From Vicinamibacterales bacterium (GTDB lineage Bacteria > Acidobacteriota > Vicinamibacteria > Vicinamibacterales > UBA8438): 64,000 nucleotides of DNA. Shown here in pieces: positions 35,945-46,400 of this stretch. The notes under the pieces were generated by a model. That model was not told the DNA's origin and ran no database searches. It saw nothing but the letters and a program-made list of their open reading frames with translations. The position numbers were made by a program, and so were the translations under genes. Every line of letters begins with the position of its first letter. Positions within the stretch are counted from its first letter, which is position 1. Location of the stretch: NCBI GenBank assembly GCA_965262555.1, contig OZ253543.1, positions 3,971,218 to 4,035,217 of the forward strand. The letters run 5' to 3'.

Positions 35945-37813
35945 ATGAGAGCTGACGCCGTTTCTCTACTAGCAATCTTCGAAAAGAAGATGCGCCTCGA
36001 GGTTCCTTTGTTTCAACGGCAATATGTCTGGACGAAGGAGCAACAATGGGAGCCGCTCTGGGAAGATATTGAACGCAAGTTCTCCGATTATCTCGATGGA
36101 CGGAAGGACACGCCCGTGCACTTCCTCGGAGCGATCGTGCTTGACCAGAAGCAAACGCCCACCACCCATGTCGAGAAACGACAGGTCATAGATGGGCAAC
36201 AACGATTGACAACGCTGCAGATCTTTCTCTCTGCATTTCGAGATTTTTGCCATGAGCATGAGTGCGAGGAACTCGCAAGCGAATGCGACGGCTTCACGCT
36301 CAACCGTGGCATGATGGCTGAACCGGAGATCGATAGGTTTAAGGTCTGGCCAACCAATCTTGACCGCAAGCAATTCACGGATGTTGTAGCGTCACGTTCG
36401 CGCGAAGAGTTGGAACGGCGGCACCCGGTAGTCCGCAGGAAGTATGCACGGCAACCGGATCCACGGCCGCGCATGGTCGAGGCCTATATTTTCTTTCGTG
36501 AGAGAATTGACGCTTTTTTTGTCGGTGCCAATGGCGAGGCACCTCTTGCCGCGGAGGAGGATCTCGCGGTTCGCCTTGAAGATTGTTTTCAGGCCCTCAA
36601 GAATGCACTTCAAATCGTGACAATTGATTTGGATCACGACGATGATGCTCAAGTCATTTTCGAAACGCTCAATGCGCGTGGCGAACCGCTTCTTCCTGCC
36701 GATCTGCTGCGCAACTTTATATTTCTCCGAGCGGCGCGGAACGGCGAACCGGTCGAAGCATTGTATGAACAGTACTGGAAAGATTTCGATAATTATTTCT
36801 GGCGCACACCCGTGAAACAGGGAAGGTTGTTGAGACCGCGCAGCGACCTATTCATCCAGCATTTTCTTGCCAGCCGACAGACCTACGACATTCCCATTAA
36901 GCACCTTTTTGTGGAGTACAAGTATTGGATTCAACGCAAGGCACCGTTCGAGTCAGTAGCCGATGAGCTAGCAGAACTCGCGCGCCAAGGTCATGATTTT
37001 CGGCGCATTCTCGAACCGAAAAAGAATGATTCGCTGTACTCACTCGCAGTGTTCCTGGACGCCTTTGATGTGCGAACGTCCTATCCGCTTTTGTTGTCGC
37101 TGCTCGATGTCGGCATCAGCGATGAAGAATGGCGGGCCGTTTCAAATATGCTTGAGAGCTATTTGTTGCGACGGGGTGTTTGCGGGCTTACCACAAAGAA
37201 CTATAATCGAGTTTTTCTAGCAATAACACGTACTCTCCGGCGCGATGGCGTAAATGCCGAGAACCTAAAAACGTACCTCTTATCACAATCTGGCGAGTCC
37301 ATTGAATGGCCGACAGATGACGCTTTTTCCGAGGCGTGGCGAACTTCGTATGCATACCGCATTCTGAACAATCGGAAGATCGTGCATATCCTCAAGCGTT
37401 TAAACGAGACCTACTACGACAGCAAGATGGAAACGGTCTCCATTGAGGACGCGCTAACAGTTGAGCATATTTTGCCGCAGGGATGGATCGAGAGCTGGCC
37501 GCTTGAGGACGGCAGTCGCGGAGTGCCTGTCCTTGAGTTGTGGGGCGCCGATGAACACGACCCGCGTGTAGCGCAAACCCGGGCGAGAAACGTAGCACTC
37601 CAAACGTTTGGAAATCTCACCATCCTGACGCAAAAGCTAAATTCCTCTGTGTCCAACGGATCGTGGACCATGAAGCAACCAGCGCTACAGAGCCACTCGC
37701 TGTTGCCGATCAATCAGCAGCTTCAGAATAGGAATGTCTGGAATGAGGCGGCGATACTGGCGCGATCGAATGAGTTGTTGGAGCGCGCATTGCAATTGTG
37801 GCCGCGCTCGTAG
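35945..37813 (+). CDS. GmrSD-family type IV (modification-dependent) restriction endonuclease, DUF262 + DUF1524
   Basis: ATG 35945. LEVPLFQRQYVW and IDGQQRLTTLQIFL (DUF262/ParB-like). C-terminal LTVEHILPQGW...FGNLTILTQKLNSSVSN (DUF1524 His-Me). Visibly lower GC than the flanks. Confidence 0.85.
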   Translation: MRADAVSLLAIFEKKMRLEVPLFQRQYVWTKEQQWEPLWEDIERKFSDYLDGRKDTPVHFLGAIVLDQKQTPTTHVEKRQVIDGQQRLTTLQIFLSAFRDFCHEHECEELASECDGFTLNRGMMAEPEIDRFKVWPTNLDRKQFTDVVASRSREELERRHPVVRRKYARQPDPRPRMVEAYIFFRERIDAFFVGANGEAPLAAEEDLAVRLEDCFQALKNALQIVTIDLDHDDDAQVIFETLNARGEPLLPADLLRNFIFLRAARNGEPVEALYEQYWKDFDNYFWRTPVKQGRLLRPRSDLFIQHFLASRQTYDIPIKHLFVEYKYWIQRKAPFESVADELAELARQGHDFRRILEPKKNDSLYSLAVFLDAFDVRTSYPLLLSLLDVGISDEEWRAVSNMLESYLLRRGVCGLTTKNYNRVFLAITRTLRRDGVNAENLKTYLLSQSGESIEWPTDDAFSEAWRTSYAYRILNNRKIVHILKRLNETYYDSKMETVSIEDALTVEHILPQGWIESWPLEDGSRGVPVLELWGADEHDPRVAQTRARNVALQTFGNLTILTQKLNSSVSNGSWTMKQPALQSHSLLPINQQLQNRNVWNEAAILARSNELLERALQLWPRS

Positions 37814-37850
37814 GCCCGGACTTCAGGCGAACTCCCAAAGGAGTTTAGAT

Positions 37851-38147
37851 GTGGGTACGTCAACAGAGCGCCCAATTCAGGTCGGATGGGGTAATCGTAA
37901 CTCGTGGAGGGAGCCTAATCGCACCTCTTGGCACTGGGGTCACGCGAAAGACTACGTTCTGCGACCGTCGACGCCAGTCTACGATGATCACGACATCGTG
38001 GTTCTAAGTGACGAGATCGTGTCGGTCTTTGGCCCGGTGGACCAAGGTCGCTACATTACCGCCCTGGCAACTGAGCGGGGCCCGAACGTCGCTGCTAGTA
38101 TGATCGACTATTTTACCGCCCGTCGACGTGGTTTGCGACTCAGATAA
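37851..38147 (+). CDS. hypothetical protein
   Basis: GTG 37851 lies 7 nt after AAGGAG. Protein-like segment DYVLRPSTPVYDDHDIVVLSDEIVSVFGPVDQGRYITALATERG. An alternative 52-codon ATG frame at 37849 cannot be excluded. Confidence 0.35.
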   Translation: MGTSTERPIQVGWGNRNSWREPNRTSWHWGHAKDYVLRPSTPVYDDHDIVVLSDEIVSVFGPVDQGRYITALATERGPNVAASMIDYFTARRRGLRLR

Positions 38148-38237
38148 CGGGTGCCGTCGCTCGCGTTTGGAGTGCGCAGGACGACGGAACGTGATACTCT
38201 TCAGACGTATTCGTGAGGGTTGCGTGCTGGGATCTAA

Positions 38238-38531
38238 ATGATGACGGAGGACGATTTCCGGCGAGAGCTTCACGCGGCGTTTATTGGTGCGCAGGATCGG
38301 GGCGCGTCCTATGTGGACATCAACGCTGGGGAGATCCATAGGCGTGTCGGCGGGTATCCTCGGTCCAACCACCGGATGCCGATATGCTGCGCAGTTCTCC
38401 AGAGTGAGAGGGCCGTCGGTGACAAGGTTCTTGAGCAACCGCCGAAGGGGACGGGGGCGTCCTTAACGATCCGTTATTCTCTGCCACGAACTACTTCTCG
38501 GCAGGCAGACCTCGCGAAACGGAGTCGATAG
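38238..38531 (+). CDS. hypothetical small protein
   Basis: 97-aa ORF with balanced composition (GEIHRRVGGYPRSNHRMPICCAVLQ...GASLTIRYSLP). No family name can be assigned with confidence. Confidence 0.5.
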   Translation: MMTEDDFRRELHAAFIGAQDRGASYVDINAGEIHRRVGGYPRSNHRMPICCAVLQSERAVGDKVLEQPPKGTGASLTIRYSLPRTTSRQADLAKRSR

Positions 38532-38630
38532 GGAGGCTGAGGTGCGATGCTAGTCCGGCTCCGGGCCGGTCGCAGGCGTAGCAGTCTGGGAGTTGTCGTG
38601 GTGAACACCGACGTCCGCCGTCCAGAGCGA

Positions 38631-39110
38631 CTAGAATAGCGCAACTGCGACAACAACGAAGACCCCCAATCCAAAAGTCAACAGCTGACACTTGAGAAGG
38701 CACCAGCTTAGGTCACCCAACCTATCCGCTGTCGCCTTGGCATTGTCTCGAATGTCATCAAGTTCGCATTGCCCAGATGCGTTAGCGATCTGTGCTGTCA
38801 GCCGGAAGTCTAGCAGTCGATTCCAGGAACACAGGAGTGCGAGAAACCCAGACACTCCCAAGATAAAGATGCCGAGGAGCAGCACGTAACTCAGACAGCC
38901 GGGGAGCATTGATGCCTGACCAACAGCGAAACCGATCGATGCCGTGGTCAAGACAAGCACGGTGTTGGTGAAGAAACCAAACTGTGTAATCGTGATCTGT
39001 TGCCACCTGGAAAACCTACTTCGGGTGTCCGCCGTCCGGAGCGGAGCCTTGGTGCGACTCTTCAGGTCAACGACGTACCGTTCCGCGGTGTTCCACTGGT
39101 CACACAACAT
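38631..39110 (-). CDS. hypothetical integral membrane protein (3-4 TM segments)
   Basis: 159-aa ORF with hydrophobic spans FGFFTNTVLVLTTASIGFAV, CLSYVLLLGIFILGVSGFLALL and LLTFGLGVFVVVAVALF. Confidence 0.6.
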   Translation of the reverse strand: MLCDQWNTAERYVVDLKSRTKAPLRTADTRSRFSRWQQITITQFGFFTNTVLVLTTASIGFAVGQASMLPGCLSYVLLLGIFILGVSGFLALLCSWNRLLDFRLTAQIANASGQCELDDIRDNAKATADRLGDLSWCLLKCQLLTFGLGVFVVVAVALF

Positions 39111-39249
39111 TCAGGGTCTTTGTTTACCGGGGTGATTCGACGAGCGCGGACGTAGGTGCCGAGTTCTTCCTCAACAGCCACGCGGAGGCATACTGACAGC
39201 GGCGCTGTTCTACTGACGTGGTTTCGGATCGGAAGGACCGCGCGTTGAT

Positions 39250-40707
39250 CTACGGGGGCGACCGTTGGAGCGTGTCGGGAACGACGGGGCTGGAAGAGCG
39301 AAGCATCGTGATGATCAGCGGGGCGAGGTCGAGTTGACGCTGGTAGGCGGTCCGCACGACGCTGGCGAGCACCTGCTGGGTGTCGGCGCCGTGGCGGGTA
39401 CGATTACCGCCACAGACTGTGCGGGTGACCACCGCGGGTCGGATGGCCTGTTCGGCGCGCCAGTTGGTGGCGTCGATCGACGGGTCCCACAGGAAGGCGA
39501 ACGTCGCGGCGAATTCGCGGTCCAGATGGGCGGCGAAGCGGTCGGCGGCGTCCAGCGTCGGAGATTTGTCGATCAGCCGACCGAGTTGGGCGAGCAGTCG
39601 GCCGCGAGCGGTTGCCAGGCCGTGGTCGCTCAGCAGCCCGGCGTCGCGGCGGTCGCGCAGCTTGAGAGCGGCCTGCAGGACGGCGTGCACCCGGGCGGCC
39701 CACGGGCTGCGCGGATGATCGGTTCGGAGTTGCCGCGCTCGCCGGATCAAGTGAGCCAGACACGACTGGTGCAGCGCGTGGGTGAAGCGGCGATACGGCG
39801 CCCACCCGTCGCGCACGAGCACGCCGGCGAAGTCGGTTCCCAGGACCGTTGCCGCGTCGTCGAACCCGCGGCCGGCGCGAATCGCGTAGACCGTCGTCTG
39901 GGGCGTGGCGAAGGCCCACAGCCAGTGGCGCATGGCGCCGACGCGCCAGCCGGTTTCATCCGGCGTGACCACGGGAGATTCCCGCACCTGCTGGCACAGT
40001 GCGGTGTAGGTCGGCGCGGCGTGGCGAGCCGTGCGATGCAGCACCTGCGCGAGGCCTCCCGGTGTGACGGTCAGGCCGAACTGGGTCCGGAGCAGGTGCG
40101 CGACCTTCGCCAGCGGCACACCCAGGTGCGTGTGCAGCCGCACGACCAGCGCGACGACTGCGGGACCGAGTTGCACGCTGGCCGCTCCCAGCGCGTCGGA
40201 GGTGTGCAGCCGGTGGCGGCCCTGGACGCGACGCCGACACTGCGAGCAGTGGCCGACCTCGATGTCGAAGCGCCGCACGATGGGGCGCACCACCGGGAGA
40301 TCTTCCTGATATTGCGTCGCCACCCGGGACAGCTCGACGGCGCCGCCGCAGTCCGGACACGCGGCAGCCACCGGCGCTCGGCCGGTCTCGTCAACCTGCG
40401 GCGGACGCGGGCGGCACGCCTGCCGGCCGTAGTGCGCACCTGCGCGCCGGCCGGGTCGTCCGCCGCGACCGTGGGGCCGGTCCTTGGCGAAGGGAGCCGC
40501 CTGCCGGAATCCTGCCCGCCGCGCCGCGTCGAGTTGCTGCTTGAGGTGTTCACTACGGCGTTTCCACCGATCCCGGTCACCCTTCCACCGATCCCGGTCG
40601 CCCTCGACCCGCGTCAACTCCTCGCGCAGTCGTGCGATCTCTCGCTCTTGTTCCTCAATGCGGGAATCGCGGGGATCCTGCTCCGTCCGGGGACGTTGCC
40701 GTGGCAC
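39250..40707 (-). CDS. IS66-family transposase (TnpC-like)
   Basis: N-terminal coiled coil, zinc-finger CPDCGG...HCSQCRR, VTPDETGWRV, HQSCLAHLIRR. GC-rich compared with the surrounding lower-GC DNA. Element ends not resolved. Confidence 0.85.
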   Translation of the reverse strand: MPRQRPRTEQDPRDSRIEEQEREIARLREELTRVEGDRDRWKGDRDRWKRRSEHLKQQLDAARRAGFRQAAPFAKDRPHGRGGRPGRRAGAHYGRQACRPRPPQVDETGRAPVAAACPDCGGAVELSRVATQYQEDLPVVRPIVRRFDIEVGHCSQCRRRVQGRHRLHTSDALGAASVQLGPAVVALVVRLHTHLGVPLAKVAHLLRTQFGLTVTPGGLAQVLHRTARHAAPTYTALCQQVRESPVVTPDETGWRVGAMRHWLWAFATPQTTVYAIRAGRGFDDAATVLGTDFAGVLVRDGWAPYRRFTHALHQSCLAHLIRRARQLRTDHPRSPWAARVHAVLQAALKLRDRRDAGLLSDHGLATARGRLLAQLGRLIDKSPTLDAADRFAAHLDREFAATFAFLWDPSIDATNWRAEQAIRPAVVTRTVCGGNRTRHGADTQQVLASVVRTAYQRQLDLAPLIITMLRSSSPVVPDTLQRSPP

Positions 40708-40782
40708 CCCACCGTTATGCCAGATCCCCTAGAAAAGTACAAGTCCAAAATGTTGGATCTCGCGCGTCACGAAACCATCCCG

Positions 40783-41016
40783 CTAAACAAATACGAGCAA
40801 GCCAGCCACCACCAACCCAGTCCCGACGATCGTTCCGATGATCGCTTTCGTATCAGAACGCAGCCCCGTAGCGTAGCACACACCGTCCGCCGAGGGCTCC
40901 GTGACCGAGCTTACTCGATTCTGAGGTTGCCGGTAGGGCGGCTGTTCCACAAACGGTTCCTGCAGTCCGCCGAAGTTCAGATTGAGAACGGGGGATGTGA
41001 CGAGGGAAACGGTCAC
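40783..41016 (-). CDS. small ORF with C-terminal TM segment (possibly a gene fragment)
   Basis: 77 codons from a GTG start, ending AIIGTIVGTGLVVAGLLVFV. Wedged between the IS66 element and an IS solo end. Confidence 0.25.
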   Translation of the reverse strand: MTVSLVTSPVLNLNFGGLQEPFVEQPPYRQPQNRVSSVTEPSADGVCYATGLRSDTKAIIGTIVGTGLVVAGLLVFV

Positions 41017-41060
41017 TCGCTAACGAAATAGGGCGCTTAATATCAACATGTTACGGGCCA

Positions 41061-41229
41061 CTCGCGTTGGAAGAAGGGATGCCCGCCGCCCCGAGGTAGG
41101 TCCGACGGCGCCACCCACATCGCCTGTTGGGACCCGTCGTCGCGGGTGGTGCCCATCGCCATGGGGCCGCAGTGTAGTACAGAGGATCGGTCCTGTCGAT
41201 CCCGCAAACCGACTTTCGCCACAGACTGT
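41061..41229 (-). mobile_element. solo end of a diverged IS5/IS1182-like element (IR + first ~35 transposase codons)
   Basis: Minus strand reads MAMGTTRDDGSQQAMWVAPSDLPRGGGHPFFQRE, against MAMGKRRRRARQSTMWVATTDLPQSAGHPFYER in the intact IS. The end GACTTTCGCCACAGACTG+TTAG parallels GACTTTCACCACGGGCTG+CTAG. Confidence 0.7.
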
Positions 41230-41325
41230 TAGTCGTTTTTCGCCTCATCGGAGGCCCGCATTCGATCGTTCCGCTCAAGTCTCAGTCGGCCGATCGACCA
41301 TCCGGAGGCATCGGCTCAGCGGATT

Positions 41326-41355
41326 TTGACTCGCTGACGCGATTCACCTTATCTT
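41326..41355 (+). promoter_or_regulatory. possible promoter giving a near-leaderless transcript for Gp37/Gp68 copy 2
   Basis: TTGACT (41326-41331), an 18-nt spacer, TATCTT (41350-41355), then ATG at 41363 with no Shine-Dalgarno in between. Confidence 0.2.
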
Positions 41356-41362
41356 CGACCAC

Positions 41363-42116
<754 letters not shown>

Positions 42117-42127
<11 letters not shown>

Positions 42128-43217
42128 CCCGAACCCGGAATATTGGGTCGAGTACGGGCCTTTCCAGCGGGTCAAACACGACCTGATTCGCGCGTATCTC
42201 GGTGGATGGTTCCCCAAGCTTGGAACCTGGGCCAGGCGCGTGCTGTACGTAGACACACACGCCGGCCGCGGCCGGTACGTCACGGGCGAGCCGGGATCTC
42301 CGCTCGTCGCACTGACTACGTTCCTCAGTCACAGCTACCGGGACGAGTTGCTGAAGAAATCCGAGTTCCACTTTCTGTTCATCGAACGAGACGTTGGAAA
42401 CCTGAGCATGCTGAATGCCGAACTGAAGGCACTTGGCGCGCTGCCGAGCCGGGTGTTGGTCGATCGACAGCATGGGGACGCGTTTCGATGGCTGTCGGAG
42501 GCCGTCGAACGGTTGCGGAAGAGCGGTAAGAACATGGCACCGGCCTTTGTGTTCGTCGACCCGTACGGCTTCAAGGTGCCGGCCGAGTTACTCGCCGATC
42601 TGATGCGCGCTGGCCGAGTCGAGCTCTTCATCAACATGATCTGGCGCGAGCTCGACATGGCCGTCCAGCAACGTCCGGAGCCCGGAGAGGGTATGGCCCG
42701 GACTCTTGACACCATCTTCGGCGGGGAGGATTGGCGAACGGAGATCACGGCGCCCGACGTCAACGAACGTATGCGCCAGGCTGTTCGTCTTTTGGCGCGA
42801 AACGTTGGTGCGAAGTGGTGGACCTACGTACGCATGGTTACCGGTGGCGAGGCCACGCGATACATCCTTCTTCACCTCACGAACCACGACAAGGGTCGTG
42901 ATCTCATCAAAGACTGTATCTGGAGCATCATCCCGGAGGGTGGCTTCGAGGTCTTGAAATCGGAAGACCCTCGGCAGCTCATGTTGATCGAGAAGGAGCC
43001 GGACTTCGCACCCTTGAGGGCTTGGGTTCTTCAACGACTCGCCGAGGGATCGCAGCGATGGAGCACCCTCGAGGACGGCATTCGAAGTACGCAGTGGCGA
43101 GCAAGGCACCTGAACGACATGGTCAAAGATCTTCGTCGCGACCACATCATCGTTGCCAATGACTTCAGCGGCCGGTTCTCGAGAACTGCGAATCCGCTCC
43201 TGCGGCTCCCGTCGTGA
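42117..43217 (+). CDS. three-Cys-motif partner protein TcmP, copy 2 (first canonical start only at GTG 42240)
   Basis: Frame is open from 42054. DPNPEYWVEYGPFQRVKHDLIRAYL (42126-42200) is homologous to the TcmP copy 1 N-terminus but has no ATG/GTG/TTG before 42240. Then LYVDTHAGRGRY, FLFIERD, FVFVDPYGF, ELFINMI, TIFGG, YILLHLTNHDKG. Confidence 0.75.
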
Positions 43218-43307
43218 CTGAGGTGTTTCGCTGGGAACCGGAGAATGGGGTTGGATGAGAACATGCAGCGAATGGCTTAGAGCCGCAGAAGACACCCCAA
43301 AAACACT

Positions 43308-43354
43308 GAGGCCGGCCCGGCGGCTGGCCTCGCAGCCTCTTCTCAAAGAAGAGG
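43308..43354 (+). terminator. two adjacent GC-rich hairpins downstream of TcmP copy 2 (no U-tract)
   Basis: GAGGCCGG..CTGGCCTC (43308-43331) and CCTCTTC-tcaaa-GAAGAGG (43336-43354), inside the 228-nt gap before the nuclease-helicase gene. Confidence 0.3.
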
Positions 43355-43445
43355 GAGAAGAAATGCGATGCTGTCGTCGATAACCCAATTTCTGAATATC
43401 GGTGTCGGCTAGCGGGTAAGGTACGAGTAACCATGCCATCACACA

Positions 43446-46400
43446 ATGAGACAGACGACTGACGCCCTTGTTCGCGCACCCACGGACCTCAGCAACTTCC
43501 TGAGCTGCCGACACCTCTCCACGCTGGACCTACGGGCGGCGCGAGGCGAGGTGGAGCGTCCGAAGCGATACGACCCGGTTCTCGAGGACCTCCGTGCCCG
43601 AGGCCTCGCGCACGAGCGGGCGTACCTGGAACGCCTGCGGGCCGAAGGGCTCACGATCGCCGGCGTCAGCGAGATCGGAGACGGTGCTCCTGTCTACGGC
43701 GCGGAGGCGACTCTCGCCGCCATGCGCGAGGGGGTCGACGTCGTCTACCAGGCCACCCTCGAGGACGACCGCTGGTCTGGTCGAGTCGACTTCCTCCGCC
43801 GCGTCAACGTCCCGAGCGACCTCGGTGCCTGGTCGTACGAGCCGTTCGACACCAAGCTTGCTAGAGAGACCAAGGCCGGGACGATCCTCCAGCTCTGCGT
43901 CTACGCGTACCTGCTTGAGAATACCCAAGGGGTGCGGCCGGGCTCTATGCACGTCGTGACGCCGGCCACCGGCTTCGAGCCGACGAGCTACCGGGTCGAC
44001 GACTACGGCGCCTACTTCCGCCTGCTCGAGCGGGATATCGACCAGTTCCTGGCCGGGCCTAGCGAGACTTATCCGGAGCTGGTGTCGCACTGTGACTACT
44101 GCGCCTGGTGGTCGGCGTGCGCGGCGCGTCGTCGCGGGGACGATCACCTCTGCTACGTGGCCGGGATCTCCGGTGCCCAGATCAAGAGTCTGCGCGCGTT
44201 GGGCATCGAGCGGCTGGCCCAGCTGGCGGCGCTCGATCCCGTGCCAGCGCCGCCCCAGGGATCGAGAGAGGCGTTGGCACGCGTGCGCGATCAGGCGCGG
44301 CTGCAAGTCGTCGGCCGCGAGAGCCAGGCGCCGGTGCACGAGCTCAAGGAGCCCTTCGACGCTGAGCACGGGCTCGCGCTGCTCCCCGAGCCTACACCCG
44401 ACGACATCTTCCTCGACTTCGAGGGCGATCACTTCGCCGCGGAGGGGGTGCGCGAGTACCTGCTTGGCTATGTGACCAGAGGACCGGACGGCGAGCCAGT
44501 CTACACGGCGCTCTGGGCCACCACACGCGAAGAGGAGCGCGCCGCCTTCGAGCGCTTCATGGACCTCGTGACCGCGACCCGGGCCTGCAACCCGGAGGCC
44601 CACGTCTACCACTTCGCCCCGTACGAGCCGGTGGCGCTCAAGCGCCTCATGGGTGTGTACGCCAGCAAGGAGATCGAGCTCGATGCGCTCCTGCGCGGGC
44701 GCGCATTCGTCGACCTGCACATGGTAGTCAAGCGGGCCCTCATCGCGAGCGTCGAGCGCTACTCCATCAAAGAGCTGGAGCCCTTCTTCGGCTACGAGCG
44801 CGCGCAGGATCTGCGCGAGGCGACGATGAGCCGGCGCATCGTCGAGAACGCCGTCGCCGCTGGCGACCTCGACAAGGATCTCGAGCCGCACCGGCGGGTC
44901 GTCGAGGACTACAACCGCGAGGACTGCGAATCGGCGTCGCGGCTGCGTGAGTGGCTGGAACGGCTCCGGGCCGAGGTAATCGCGAGCGGCCACGAACTCC
45001 CTCGCCCTGCGGTGGAGAGCGGAGAGGCGTCGGAGGCGATTAGCGACCTCGATCGCGAGCTGCAGCGACTGCGTGACGGTTTACTTGACGGAGTCCCCAC
45101 GGAACCACGGGATCGGTCGGCGGACCAGCAGGCGCGGTTCGCGCTCGCGCACATGATGGAGTTTCACCGCCGGGAGGACAAAGCGGGCTGGTGGGAGTAC
45201 TTCCGCGTTCTCGGGCTGGAGGCGGGTGAGCTCGAAGAGGAACGGCGAGCCCTGGCCGGCTTGCACTTCCTCGAGCAACTCGACGACAAGCGTGCTCCGC
45301 TTCAGCGGTACCTCTTTCCTGCTCAGGAGCTCGACGCGCGCGAAAAGGACGATGTCTTCGATTGCGACGGCAATAGGATCGGCAAGGTCCACGCGGTCAG
45401 CTACGGCGAGTGCACCATCGATATCAAGAAGATGGTCAAGACGGCGGGCGAGCACCCGACCGATGTCGTGTTCCACAACATCGTCCCCTCCGACACGCTG
45501 CGACAATCCCTCATGCGGTTCGGGGATGCCGTCCTCAACCGGGGATTCTCGCCGCGTGAACCGTACCGCGCCGCGGTGGAGCTGATCCTTCGCAGGCCGC
45601 CCCCCATGAGCGAGGACGGCTCCAGCCTGCAACGCCACGGCGAGAAGACCGTCGACGCGGCCTGCCGCATCGCACGCGCCCTGGACGGGAGCGTACTTGC
45701 CATCCAAGGCCCGCCCGGCACTGGAAAGACGTACACCGGGGCGCACGTCATCTGCGCGCTCGTGCGCGCGGGACTGAGAGTCGGCGTCACGGCGGTGAGC
45801 CACAAGGTCATCCTGAACCTCCTCGAGGATGCCGCCGCGCAAGCGCGGGCCGACGAGACGGCCATGACGATCGTTCACCGCCAGGACGGCGAGTACGAGG
45901 GCGAGTGGAGGATCCGGCGAGAAACAAACTACGACTCCATCCGAGGGGATCTCAACAGCGGCGACACCAACGTCCTCGGCGCCACCGCGTGGTGCTGGGC
46001 GCGACCCGACTTCGAGCAGAGCGTCGACGTCTTGATCGTCGACGAGGCCGGTCAGATGTCGCTCGCGAATGTGTTGGCTGCCGCCCCGGCCGGGCGGAGC
46101 CTCGTCCTGCTTGGTGATCCGCAACAGCTCGAGCAGCCGTTGCAGAGTAGTCATCCCGAGGGCAGCGAGGTCTCGGCGCTCTACCACCTACTGGACGGCG
46201 AGGACACGATGCCCGTCAACAAGGGGCTGTTCTTGGCGGAGACCTACCGGCTGCACCCCGACATCGCAACGTTCACCTCCGAGATTTACTACGAAGGCAA
46301 GGTCGCGGCTCGCCCGGGCCTGGAGCGGCAAGCCATTGTCCCTAACGGCGATTCGGACTCCGCTCTCACGGGCTCAGGGCTCGTCTATGTGTCCGTTCCC

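Noticed and set aside
37849-38007. A 52-codon ATG-initiated ORF (MWVRQQSAQFRSDGVIVTRGG...) with 5-nt SD spacing, downstream of GmrSD.
   Set aside because: It overlaps the longer GTG frame, which has a more protein-like composition. Neither frame has a recognisable family, so only the longer frame is listed, at low confidence.
39219-40777. An 8-bp inverted match (TGGTTTCG / CGAAACCA) as possible IS66 terminal repeats. An alternative pair, GTAGGTGCCGAG (39143) / GTAAGCTCGG (comp 40912), was also considered.
   Set aside because: Neither match extends beyond 8 nt or about 50% identity, and no flanking 8-bp target duplication is present. The IS66 element ends are left undetermined.
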